Assembly (NCBI GenBank): GCA_963666345.1
Contig: OY762721.1
Span: 224,001 to 288,000, forward strand
Reading direction: 5' to 3'
Source: Desulfatiglandales bacterium
Lineage (GTDB): Bacteria > Desulfobacterota > DSM-4660 > Desulfatiglandales > Desulfatiglandaceae
DNA length: 64,000 nt
Shown: piece by piece, positions 39,911 to 49,809 of the stretch
Numbering within the stretch: position 1 is the stretch's first letter
How the letters are laid out: every line of letters begins with the position of its first letter
Made by a program: the position numbers and the translations under genes
Notes under the pieces: generated by a model
Told to the model about the DNA's origin: nothing
The model's input: the letters and a program-made list of their open reading frames with translations, nothing else
Databases searched by the model: none

Positions 39911-40200
39911 AAAATGAAAATTTCGAAAAACTGGTTTCAAGTATAAAAGAAGCCGGCCAAATAATGGCAGGGGAAAAAGAACCAAGCCGCATTTTTGAAA
40001 TTGACGCACCGGATATCAGGGCTGTAAGGGAGAAGCTTAATGTCTCGCAGAATGAATTTGCCCTGATGATTGGGGTAAGCGTCCGTACTCTCCAGAACTG
40101 GGAACAGGGAAGAAGAAAGCCGGAAGGCCCTGCAAAGGCATTGCTTCGAATCGCATCCCGGAACCCGCAGGCTGTAATTGATGCTTTACATTCAAAATAG
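39907..40200 (+). CDS. XRE-HTH antitoxin (HigA/NadS-like)
   Basis: SQNEFA...VSVRTLQNWEQGRRKP; downstream of the toxin remnant. Confidence 0.85.
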   Translation: MKNENFEKLVSSIKEAGQIMAGEKEPSRIFEIDAPDIRAVREKLNVSQNEFALMIGVSVRTLQNWEQGRRKPEGPAKALLRIASRNPQAVIDALHSK

Positions 40201-40273
40201 ACTACAAATAATCAATTTTATTACATTTATATTAATCTACTGATTGTAAGTGCACTCCTGTGTCCCGCTGATT

Positions 40274-40459
40274 TCATTTTGATCCGCCCTGCTCTTCTTC
40301 ACATATATCGCATACCCGATCGAACCAGTCCTCGATCTGGTCCCGGTAATCATCCGGCTTTGCTTCCATTCCGCACGACCTGCAGACCACTCTTGCGCTG
40401 CATCACCGCCCTGTAAGCTCCGCTTCTCCTCCGCAGAATATGCAAATCAGGTTGTCCAT
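40274..40459 (-). CDS. Small zinc-finger protein with one in-frame TGA (selenoprotein or pseudogene)
   Basis: GGGGAG RBS, then MDNLICIFCGGEAELTGR*CSARVVCRSCG...; 62 codons including stop. Confidence 0.5.
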
Positions 40460-40489
40460 ATCTCCCCTTATAACTCCGTACCCTTAGTC

Positions 40490-41105
40490 ATTACATCCAG
40501 CAAAGCCGGAGGCTTGATTTTGTGAACCGCTCAAAGCGGTTAGTTCCGGACCACCTAAAGGTGGCTAAGATTGAAACAGCCCTAATTGGTCGAGCTTCTT
40601 ATCTATTTCTCGGTGTTTTTTGATATACTGCCGGATCACCTCTTCATCGCGCCCGGCTGTTGAAACGTAATATCCCCTCGCCCAGAAGTGTTGACCGCTA
40701 AAGTTTTTTCGCTTTCCCATATTCTGACGCGCAATATGGATAGCGCTTTTACCCTGATATAACCTACAACCTGGGAGACTGCATATTTTGGCGCGATATC
40801 AGCATATGAAGATGGTCGCCCTTCATATGACCCTCATGAATCTTGCTCTCCTTATGGGATGCAAGCTCATGTACAACCTCTCCCAGATGCTTGCGCAATT
40901 GCCCGTAAAGCGTCTCCTTCCGATACTTCGGTATCCATACCAGATGATACTTGCAATCCCATTCTGTGTGGCTTAAGCTCTGAATATCGTTCATCGTAAG
41001 CCTCCTTGAAAGTGATTTTTGAGCGGTTCACAATCGGGTAGGCTTTCGTATTTTCCCGTAACTGTCAAACTTTGCGTGTCTCCCCGGCAAAGCCGGGGGT
41101 TTACC
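40490..41105 (-). mobile_element. IS200/IS605 family element (tnpA only), inactive
   Basis: Subterminal hairpins CCCCGGCAAAGCCGGGG (41082-41098) and a degenerate copy near 40497-40512 flank tnpA. Confidence 0.85.
40565..40994 (-). pseudogene. tnpA: IS200 Y1 transposase with two frameshifts
   Basis: YHLVWIPKYR, DHLH (HUH), then PKYAVSQVVG and KSAI...FWARGYYVST...YI in shifted frames. Confidence 0.88.
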
Positions 41106-41209
41106 CGGATTAATTAAAGCCTATGATTTTGCATTTTTTGCCTCCGTTTGTCATTCCTTCAAGAAGCGCCTCTACTTGTTCCCCCTATGATATTACCCAT
41201 GGCGATTTA

Positions 41210-41268
41210 CCTATCTATTCTTTGTGGATACCCTCATATCCGTGTCAGACGCCTGTGATCCGGCCGTA
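41210..41268. repeat. Imperfect direct repeat, copy 1
   Basis: Shares GGATACCCTCATATCC and ATCCGGCCGTA with 42190-42245. Confidence 0.75.
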
Positions 41269-41367
41269 CACCTCAACAATAAAGGCCTTAAGGGCTATTT
41301 CAATTTCTCGCCGTGTGTCCGTGCTCATGGATGCAACCCTGTTTTCAGTTCGATTTTTATCCTTTGA

Positions 41368-42198
41368 CTATTTCTTTATTGACTCCATCAAGTGTTTTCC
41401 GGCTGAGGTCAGCCTGTACTTCTGCAAACGGCTAGTGGGTTTGTGCGGAATGGTCATTTCGACTAAACCAGATTTCATTGCCGGCTCCAGGTAAAGGTTG
41501 CGGAAGTTTTCTTCCCCTTTTAGTCCCAGGGCATCCTGCAGTTGTCTCCGGCTCAATTCGCTTCGACAGGCATTTAGAAGCCTTTTGACTTCACCCGTGA
41601 CTTCCAGGGATATTGGAGTATCCTTAGCTTTTTCAAATTCCGGCGTTTTGATGACAATCCGAAAAACATCGCCCGCCAGCAGTTCAGGATCACTACCGCC
41701 ATAGGCTTTGCCGTATTTCATCAGCCTCCGCACACCTGAACCGAGTTCATCCGCCCGCCCGATTTCCCGGAAAAAGAGAGCAATCACCGGGTTTTTGGGA
41801 AAGGGCGAAAAGGTTTCCGGATTGATGAGGCCGAAACCGTGTGACTTGTCACTGTTTTCAGTACGAACCTGCCCGCGCTCAAGGATGAGTTTGGCCGGAA
41901 AAAGGTTCGTGTATTCACGGTGAATCAAAATATTCGATGCCACTTCCCGTAAAATGGTGTCGCGGATACTAATACGCATGTCACCTTCCAGATAAAAAGG
42001 ATCAGGCAGGTGTTTTGCCACAAATGCCATGATGCGCTCATAAGTCTCAATCAAATTGGTGCTGACAAAATCACGATCATCGTACCTGCGGAGATTGATC
42101 TTGCGCAGGATCAGATCGGTACGGTAATGAGGCACAGCATAAAGGATGACCTCATCTTTACTTTTCTTTAAAAAGCCCTGCTGCTGTCTCCTATCCAT
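41368..42198 (-). pseudogene. C-terminal part of an AlbA_2/RecG-C-like ATP-binding regulator with C-terminal HTH
   Basis: REVASNILIHREY, PKNPVIA..F, ADELGSG, PTSRLQKYRLT. The N-terminal half expected for this family is absent. Confidence 0.65.
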
Positions 42199-42245
42199 CC
42201 TTTGGGGATACCCTCATATCCACATGCACCAGAAATCCGGCCGTA
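42190..42245. repeat. Imperfect direct repeat, copy 2
   Basis: See 41210-41268; offset 980 bp. Confidence 0.75.
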
Positions 42246-42856
42246 GGCGAGGCTATGCACCGGTAAGAGGCGAAATTAAAGGGGCCAACGCCCCGTAATG
42301 ATGTCGGTTATCGGTTCAAATGTAGCGGGAGGGTTGAACTCCAGTGTTGTGCCGGGGGCGTTCTCTGCTGCGAGCCTTAAGAGGCATCCTGTGAATCTGG
42401 CTTTTGTGGCAGGCCTGTTCTTTTGCATATTCCGCCAGTGTGAGTCGGAAAAAGGTGCGCAGGGAAATAGAGCTTAAATACAAAATCGTGCAAAAAATGA
42501 GCATATTCATAAAAGATTAAAATTTACAAACATTTTCATAGCAAAACCTAGTCAATAAAGAAAGAATCATATTCAGATATTTTTATGGCCCAAGGCGACC
42601 AGCCGGCAAGACAGTGGAAAATAATCCGGACCTTGATTTCCTAAAAAAACGGGTAAATCACATCCGATCCGGCACAGGTACCTGGAACGCCACCCAGGGA
42701 CGGTTTCCAGGGACCTTTAGGCCCTTGATAAGGTAAAGTTTTTTCCAGACTTGGCTTTCACGATCAGGTTCTCTATAATAAGACCTGCAGGGCATCTTTA
42801 AAAAGACCCGGCATACGGCAGTTAAATCGCGCTTCAGGCCTGGTGGAGAGATAGCC

Positions 42857-43579
42857 GTGGAGGAAAAAAACCACAGTATTGATTCAAAAAAGTGTAAAAA
42901 ACGATTAGGCGTCCTGCAGGTTCTGGGCCTGTTATTGATCTTCACCGTTATTACCTCAGGCATAACCATACTGGTCTTAAAGTTCTATCTTTTCCCGTCA
43001 GAGTTTAAGCCCGTACGCCTCAATCCGCGCGAGGAGCAGGTCTTAAGCTCGAAACTTGAACACCTTGATTCAATGGCAACAGGAGCCGATTCAGCTCAAA
43101 ACCGGACCAGTGGAAAATCATCCCGAAAAGAGTCTTCCGATTCGAGTGTCTCACTTACCCCTGAGCCCTACAGCGAAAAAGGCGCCAAAAGACAGATCAG
43201 TTTCACTGAGAGGGAGCTCAACGCCCTTCTTGCCAATAACACGGATCTTGCCGGAAAACTTGCCATCGACCTGTCCGAGGATCTTATAAGCGCAAAGCTC
43301 ATATTACCTTTGGATGAGGATTTTCCAATATTTGGAGGCAAGACCCTCCGCGTGAGGGCGGGAGTGGTTTTTTCCTTTGATAAGGGCAAGCCCCTGATCA
43401 TGCTCAAGGGCATCACCATAATGGGAGTGCCCCTTCCGAACGCCTGGCTGGGAGGCATTAAGAACGTGGATCTGGTTCAGGAATTCGGCGCTGACAAAGG
43501 TTTCTGGAAGGCCTTTTCAGACGGGGTTGAAGACATAAAGGTGGAGGAAGGTCATCTGAAGTTGAGGCTCAGGGAGTAA
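42857..43579 (+). CDS. Membrane-anchored hypothetical protein
   Basis: GGAG RBS and GTG start, single N-terminal TM, GVPLPNAWLGGIK motif. Confidence 0.75.
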   Translation: MEEKNHSIDSKKCKKRLGVLQVLGLLLIFTVITSGITILVLKFYLFPSEFKPVRLNPREEQVLSSKLEHLDSMATGADSAQNRTSGKSSRKESSDSSVSLTPEPYSEKGAKRQISFTERELNALLANNTDLAGKLAIDLSEDLISAKLILPLDEDFPIFGGKTLRVRAGVVFSFDKGKPLIMLKGITIMGVPLPNAWLGGIKNVDLVQEFGADKGFWKAFSDGVEDIKVEEGHLKLRLRE

Positions 43580-43902
43580 GCCGGGCCGCGCGTAAGCAGC
43601 ATACTTTTAATCGATTCCGATACAATCATCCACGACAGCTCTTCTGATAAAGGAACCGAGGCGATTTTCAAGCTCGAACTTTCTCCTTAAAGGACCACTA
43701 TGCCGGTGCGACCTGTGGTAAGCCGCGGTTAACAGGGCTGCAAAACATGGCATAAGAAATACATACGCAACCATGGGAACATTTTCAGATGGAGATTTAC
43801 AGGCCCCTCAAAATTCAAAACCGGAAAAGCAGAGGAGGTTCTTTTATTACAGCTTAATAGAAAACAGGGGAATTTTTCAACCTCAAAAAAAGGAGGTGCG
43901 TC

Positions 43903-44421
43903 ATGAAAAAATTTAAACGCTTTATTATGCTGACCATGGCTATAGGCATTTCAGTAGCCCTTTCAGGCTGCGGGGTCAGCAAAGAGGAGCATGAGAAAAC
44001 AGTCTCCGAGCTGAACAAGGCCAAATCGGACCTGGCTCAGGCCAATGCCAGGATTACAGAGATGGATAAAGAGCTGAGTGAGGCCAAGGCTCAACTAATG
44101 ACCGCCGCAAAGGAGCTCAAAAACGAAGAAAAAAAACCGGTGGCCGTTGAAAAGCCGGTAACAGAAGACACAGGCATGAAGGACAAGCTCGCAGCCCTTA
44201 AGGAAAAAGCCGCCAGCCTTACTGAAAAGGTAAAAGGCCTTACAACTGAAAACAGCCGCCTCAAGGAATTGCTTGAAAAATTAAAAGCCAAGATATCGGA
44301 ATTCAAAGAAAAGCTTGGAGGGATGAAAACCCCTGAAGCTTCTTTACCTGCCAAGGATCTGCAAAGTGAGGAACTTCCGGCCAAAGAGCTGCCTAAGGGC
44401 ATTATGGAAAAGAAGCCCTGA
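43903..44421 (+). CDS. Coiled-coil lipoprotein
   Basis: Lipobox LSGC, heptad-rich; AGGAGG RBS. Confidence 0.8.
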   Translation: MKKFKRFIMLTMAIGISVALSGCGVSKEEHEKTVSELNKAKSDLAQANARITEMDKELSEAKAQLMTAAKELKNEEKKPVAVEKPVTEDTGMKDKLAALKEKAASLTEKVKGLTTENSRLKELLEKLKAKISEFKEKLGGMKTPEASLPAKDLQSEELPAKELPKGIMEKKP

Positions 44422-44689
44422 TATTTTGCCGGCAGGGCTGTACCAGGGATACGACCCATTTCCCGCCCCAGGAGAATTACATCTGTTAAATATTTTAAGG
44501 GCGGTGAAAGGTACCCGTTCAATAAGGGGAAAGGTTTTTTCATTTTGATTATGTGCGAATTGAACGGCATCTGAAATCGATTCAAATATAAACAGAAAAA
44601 CCAAGGACTCTGGAGGAACAATTTTGAACTTAACCTGAACCAAACAGAAATAGGTTAACCGTTAATACCGGTTAACCTATTGAATTTTC

Positions 44690-44777
44690 TGGTGCCTAGG
44701 ACGAGAATCGAACTCGTACGGTACTAAGTACCGAGGGATTTTAAGTCCCTTGCGTCTACCAATTCCGCCACCCAGGC
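44690..44777 (-). tRNA. tRNA-Leu (anticodon TAA)
   Basis: 88-nt cloverleaf with long variable arm, AGGGA-CTTAAAA-TCCCT, TTCGA, CCA end. Confidence 0.95.
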
Positions 44778-45146
44778 ACAAGCCGTATCCAAGGCAATGT
44801 CCGCTGCGAACAGAAAAGACACTTCATGGATGTTTAAGGTGACAAGCAGTTTAATAGGTAGATCTTTGAGAGTCAAGAATAGATATTCGCCCTTGAGCCT
44901 GTGGTTTTGCCGATGCCGGGTGGTAATCCGTAATCCCGGCTCATTATCGTTTCGGCTCCAAATTTTAAGGCAAAAATCCACGCATTACCGGCATTGAAAA
45001 TCCATTAGGATTACATATGCTTTTCAGTTGAAATTGTTGGCTGTTATCCCATTTTTTCATCTATTAGCCGTTTTTTTTGCCGCTATTTGTTCCATTCTCC
45101 GATTTAATACTTATATTAAGTAATATTCCAAAATTTTTCAGGAGGT

Positions 45147-46478
45147 GTGATGATGACACGAGGAATTTCAAAAGGTGTAATATTTTTTATTGCGGCATTA
45201 TTGTTTTCACTGTTCTCAACCCACAACCTAACGGCAAAAGCCGAGATGCTTTCATTTGACCCTGTAGATCTAAACCCGAAGGTCGAATCAGGAGAATATT
45301 CTCAGATAATCGACACCTTCATGGTAATCTTTGATTCATCAGCCTCCATGAGTAACGCATATTCCGGTATTGCCAAGATTGACATAGCAAAAGAGATAGT
45401 TGCCAGAATGGCGGCCACCATCCCCAGGATAGAGGTCCTTTCAGGCATAAGGACATTCGGAAATAGCCTTACGTTTTCTCCGAAGACCACTCTTGAACTT
45501 GAACTAGCCCAGTTTGATATGGCCGCGTTCAAGGGCGCGGTGAAAGACCTTAAGGCGGCCGGACCAAGCCCTCTTTGCATGGCCTTGGACGAAGCGGGAA
45601 AGGACCTGACCCAAGGAAAAGGCGACATGGCACTGATCGTGATAAGCGATGGTCTGGATATGACCGGAACACCTGTTGCCTCGGCAGAGGCCCTGAAACA
45701 GAAATACGGCACCCGCCTGTGCATCTTTACGGTACTTATAGGTGATAACTGGGACGGCAGACAGGTCATGCGAAAGATATCAAAGGCGGGCCAATGCGGG
45801 TATTTCACCACCGCCGATGAGATCGCCTGCGGAAAGGGAATGGCCGACTTTGTCAAAAACGTATTTTTTGCCGCATCCGGTGACAGGGACGGCGACGGTG
45901 TCATGGACCCGAAGGACAGGTGCCCCGGGACCCCGAAAGGGGTGAGGGTGGATAAAAACGGATGTCCCCCGGACTCCGACGGTGACGGCGTTTATGACTA
46001 CCTGGATGCCTGCCCTGGCACACCAATGGGAATAAAGGTGGATGAAAAAGGATGTCCTCTTGACTCCGACGGTGACGGCGTATGGGACAGCCGTGACAAG
46101 TGCCCGGGAACATACAAGGGTGCCAAGGTAAACGAGATGGGCTGCTGGGTAATCGAAGGGGTGAATTTCGATACCGCCAAATGGGATATCAAGCCGAGCT
46201 TCTATCCCGGACTGGATGATATCGTAGAAGTCCTCAACAAGAACCCCTCCCTTAAACTGGAAGTGCAGGGGCATACCGATAATGTCGGGACCAAGGCCTA
46301 CAACCAGGGCCTGTCTCAGAAAAGGGCCGAATCGGTAGTGGACTACCTGGCGCAGAAGGGCATTGATAAGGCAAGGCTTACATCGGTGGGTTACGGTCTT
46401 ACCAGGCCGATGGCGGATAATTCAACCGAACAGGGTCGGGCCCAAAACAGAAGGGTCCAGCTGTCACCCATCTACTAA
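45147..46478 (+). CDS. VWA plus thrombospondin type-3 repeats plus OmpA-like domain protein
   Basis: Signal peptide, DSSAS MIDAS motif, three DxDGDGV..D.CP repeats, GHTD...NRRV. Confidence 0.9.
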   Translation: MMMTRGISKGVIFFIAALLFSLFSTHNLTAKAEMLSFDPVDLNPKVESGEYSQIIDTFMVIFDSSASMSNAYSGIAKIDIAKEIVARMAATIPRIEVLSGIRTFGNSLTFSPKTTLELELAQFDMAAFKGAVKDLKAAGPSPLCMALDEAGKDLTQGKGDMALIVISDGLDMTGTPVASAEALKQKYGTRLCIFTVLIGDNWDGRQVMRKISKAGQCGYFTTADEIACGKGMADFVKNVFFAASGDRDGDGVMDPKDRCPGTPKGVRVDKNGCPPDSDGDGVYDYLDACPGTPMGIKVDEKGCPLDSDGDGVWDSRDKCPGTYKGAKVNEMGCWVIEGVNFDTAKWDIKPSFYPGLDDIVEVLNKNPSLKLEVQGHTDNVGTKAYNQGLSQKRAESVVDYLAQKGIDKARLTSVGYGLTRPMADNSTEQGRAQNRRVQLSPIY

Positions 46479-46559
46479 AAGTCCGCTTTAACGACTCCTC
46501 ATCCTTCGAGGAAGGCGCTTGCGCCTTCCTCGCTTACTATCTGATTCCGGGAGGAAACC

Positions 46560-47297
46560 ATGCAATCCAAAAGATGTCTTGCAGCGGTAATGCTTGCCGC
46601 TTTGGTTTCATTAAGCGTCCCCTTTTCAGCCTCAGCCGGGTTCGGCGATATCCTCAAGGGGGCCAAGGAAAAATTTATGGGGGGCCAGGGAGCTCTTTCC
46701 GAAGGCACCATTATTGACGGTCTTAAGGAGGCCCTTCAAATAGGCTCGGAAAACGCAGTGGCATTTGTTTCAAAGGCCGACGGTTATTACAATAACCCCA
46801 GGATAAAGATACCTCTTCCCGACGCGGTTAAAAAGGTTGAAAAAATACTGAGGGGCGTCGGTTACGGCCCCAAGATCGACGCATTCGAGCTGAGCATGAA
46901 CAGGGCTGCCGAAAAGGCCGCACCCGAGGCCAAGGCCATGTTCTGGGATACCATAAAGGGGATGTCTTTTTCAGACGCGCGAAAGATCCTTGACGGCAGG
47001 GAAAATGAGGCGACCCTATATTTCAAGGACAAGACCCACTCCGGATTGTTCGAGAAGTTTAAACCAATCGTTCATGACGTAATGTCCTCGGTGGGTGTAA
47101 CAAAAAGGTATCAGGAACTTGACGCGAAGGTCAGGACCATACCCTTTACCGATTCTCTAAGCTTTGACCTGGATAAATATGTGACGGACGGCGCGCTGGA
47201 CGGGCTGTTTCTGATGCTGGCGGAGGAGGAAAAAAAGATCCGGCAGAATCCTGCGGCCCGCGTCACTGATCTGCTTAAAAAGGTGTTTGCTAAGTAG
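46560..47297 (+). CDS. DUF4197 family exported protein
   Basis: GLKEAL, MNRAAE, AT.YF, LDGLF..LAEEE..IR.NP. Confidence 0.85.
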   Translation: MQSKRCLAAVMLAALVSLSVPFSASAGFGDILKGAKEKFMGGQGALSEGTIIDGLKEALQIGSENAVAFVSKADGYYNNPRIKIPLPDAVKKVEKILRGVGYGPKIDAFELSMNRAAEKAAPEAKAMFWDTIKGMSFSDARKILDGRENEATLYFKDKTHSGLFEKFKPIVHDVMSSVGVTKRYQELDAKVRTIPFTDSLSFDLDKYVTDGALDGLFLMLAEEEKKIRQNPAARVTDLLKKVFAK

Positions 47298-47299
47298 GT

Positions 47300-49003
47300 T
47301 TATTCATAGTCCCTGAGCGCTCTTAGACCGTGATTCATCGATTTTACCACCGCAAGTACCGTGAGCGCGAACGCGGCCGTAAAGGATGCGATTATGTATA
47401 TCCAGCGCCAGGAGGATATGGCTGCGTCATTAAACCGGGACATAAAGAGCACGTACACGGGGCCTGCCTCAAGCACTATCAGTGCGACTATATAAAGGGC
47501 GCTTAACATCATATACACAAGGCCGCCGAAACTGGTAGACACCTGTGAAATGTTCTCGTGCCTGAAACGGGGGTAGACCGCGCCAAGCCCGACACCCATG
47601 GCCGTTATTGCGAAGACCGCGAAAAACATGGTAACGGATGAAAGGATCATCATGAATCCGGTTACCTCAAGCAGGTAATTGGTGCACACGATCAAAAACT
47701 CCATCAATATCATTACAGGGAAGACAAAGAAGAAAAATTTCCCCCACAGGTAGCGCTTGAGCCCAATGGGAGATGCCTGGATTATCCAGTAAGACTCCCC
47801 TTCCGCACTCACCGCCGTAAATATGAAACGGGCCGATATGGCTGAAAGCACTAGCCCTGCCAGCCCCATATTGAGAAACCCGAGAAGGTTCTGCAAAAAA
47901 TCGACCCTGAAAAAACTCTTTTCAATAGGCAACACGCTGAAGTTATAGAGATAAACGACTACCAGGGCCACCAGCAGAAGGAGTTGAGACCACTGGGTAT
48001 TGTCCCTGAAAAAGGTCCTTACATCCTTCTCCAGCACGGCCCCCACATCCTGACTGAAGGGCTTTTTTATAAGGCCTGCCGCGATATCCAGGAGCCTTCC
48101 GGAACCCGCCATCCTGCTTTTTGCCTCCTGGGATTTTGAAAAACCCTGAAAATAGACCGCGCCTGCGACCCAGATATCTATTACCAGGAGGGAGGCGGCC
48201 GTAGTCCACATGAGAAGGATCTCAAAGACGTGCCCTTTTTCCGAAGAGGGCATGAGCGCGCCCCAGAGGGTCTCGGTTATCCATTGGCTGGGAAGATAGG
48301 GTGACTGGGGGGCCTTGAGCGCATCCATGTACTGCATGACGGTAAAAAAGGATTCAGGGTTCACGAGCCTTTCAGGCCTCATGAATCGGAACATGAAATA
48401 GAGCGCTATAATCATTATTACGGAAAGAAGCAGAATCAGGTCTCTTGTCCTTCGGGCAGGGAATATATACACCAGAAGCATCGTAATGAAAATGCCGATG
48501 GATCCGGCGATCAAGGCCATTGCCAGGCTCATGTGAAAAAGCGCAAAATAAAATCCCGGCCCCGGCCTGTACACATAGCCGTAGGCCAGAAGGATCGGCA
48601 GGCCGAAAATAATGAGCATCCAGGAGCTGTCCATGAATGTGTAAATGGAACGGGAGACGAAAAGTTCCTGAAGGCCCACAGGCGTTGAATGGCACAGTTC
48701 AAGGTCTTTTGAAAGATAGAGATTTGAAAGCGCCGTTATAATGTGGCTGAATAGGAGGAGAGAAAAAAAGACCAGAAAAACCATGCCCAGAAGATGCCTT
48801 GCCAGCAGATTCCCGATATCTTCAACAGACTGAAAATATATCAGCACACGGCAGGAAAGAAGGAAGCTCAGGCCGCAAAACCCGGATCCGAGAAGGCCCA
48901 TGAACAGCACGCGTCTGTTTTTTGTCCTTCCTGAGAACCTGAGCCTGTTGATAAAAGACATGAATCCGGGTCTAATAAGAAGAAGGAGATCTTTCATGAG
49001 CAA
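47300..49003 (-). CDS. Putative ABC transporter permease
   Basis: About 14 TM segments; follows an ABC ATPase. Confidence 0.8.
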   Translation of the reverse strand: MLMKDLLLLIRPGFMSFINRLRFSGRTKNRRVLFMGLLGSGFCGLSFLLSCRVLIYFQSVEDIGNLLARHLLGMVFLVFFSLLLFSHIITALSNLYLSKDLELCHSTPVGLQELFVSRSIYTFMDSSWMLIIFGLPILLAYGYVYRPGPGFYFALFHMSLAMALIAGSIGIFITMLLVYIFPARRTRDLILLLSVIMIIALYFMFRFMRPERLVNPESFFTVMQYMDALKAPQSPYLPSQWITETLWGALMPSSEKGHVFEILLMWTTAASLLVIDIWVAGAVYFQGFSKSQEAKSRMAGSGRLLDIAAGLIKKPFSQDVGAVLEKDVRTFFRDNTQWSQLLLLVALVVVYLYNFSVLPIEKSFFRVDFLQNLLGFLNMGLAGLVLSAISARFIFTAVSAEGESYWIIQASPIGLKRYLWGKFFFFVFPVMILMEFLIVCTNYLLEVTGFMMILSSVTMFFAVFAITAMGVGLGAVYPRFRHENISQVSTSFGGLVYMMLSALYIVALIVLEAGPVYVLFMSRFNDAAISSWRWIYIIASFTAAFALTVLAVVKSMNHGLRALRDYE

Positions 49004-49007
49004 TACC

Positions 49008-49733
49008 TCATCCTTCGGTCAGTTTCAGGAAGATAGCCTCCAGATTTCCCTCTTCCCCCGCCTGTCTTTTCAGGTCCCCGGCACTTCCCCTGGCGATTAT
49101 CTTTCCTTTCCGGATAATGGCGATGTCGTCGCATACCTCCTCAGCCACCTCGAGTGAGTGAGTCGACATGAAGATCGTGGTTCCCTTCCCCGCCTCCTGT
49201 CTGAAGATATCCTTGACAAGCCTTGCGCCTCTGGGGTCAAGCCCGACCATCGGTTCATCCACTATGAGCAGATCAGGGCGGTGTATCAGGGCCGAGCACA
49301 TCACGAGCCTCTGCTTCATTCCGTGAGAATAGCCTTCCACAAGCTCGTTTTTCCAGCCGGTAAGATCGAATGTGTCAAGCAGCAGGCCGATCCTTTCTTC
49401 TATAAAGGAGTTGTTTACTCCATATAGCCCGGCGATAAAATGAAGGAAATCAAGACCAGTGAGTTTTTCATACACAAAGGGCCTGTCAGGGATAAAACCG
49501 ACACATCTTTTGACCTGTGAAGGCATTTCGGCCAGATCCATCCCGTTTATTATTATCCTTCCCTCACTCGGCATCAAGACCCCAGCCATCATCTTGATCG
49601 TGGTGGTCTTTCCCGCCCCGTTGGGACCAAGAAACCCGAAGATGGTCCCCTTTTTTATGTCAAGATCTATCCCGTCAACAGCCCTGAGGCCCTTGAAGTC
49701 CTTTGAGAGTTTTTTCAACCGTATCATTTCCAT
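49008..49733 (-). CDS. ABC transporter ATP-binding protein
   Basis: GPNGAGKTT, YSHGMKQ, VDEP, STH. Confidence 0.93.
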   Translation of the reverse strand: MEMIRLKKLSKDFKGLRAVDGIDLDIKKGTIFGFLGPNGAGKTTTIKMMAGVLMPSEGRIIINGMDLAEMPSQVKRCVGFIPDRPFVYEKLTGLDFLHFIAGLYGVNNSFIEERIGLLLDTFDLTGWKNELVEGYSHGMKQRLVMCSALIHRPDLLIVDEPMVGLDPRGARLVKDIFRQEAGKGTTIFMSTHSLEVAEEVCDDIAIIRKGKIIARGSAGDLKRQAGEEGNLEAIFLKLTEG

Positions 49734-49809
49734 ATGAACCCCGCAGTCAATGCGCCCGATCTTTCAGGGCAAAAGAAAACCCTTTCTTTTACACAGGGAT
49801 GTTGTCGAT

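Noticed and set aside
44724..44981. 85-aa minus-strand ORF
   Set aside because: Overlaps tRNA-Leu and its promoter region; spurious.
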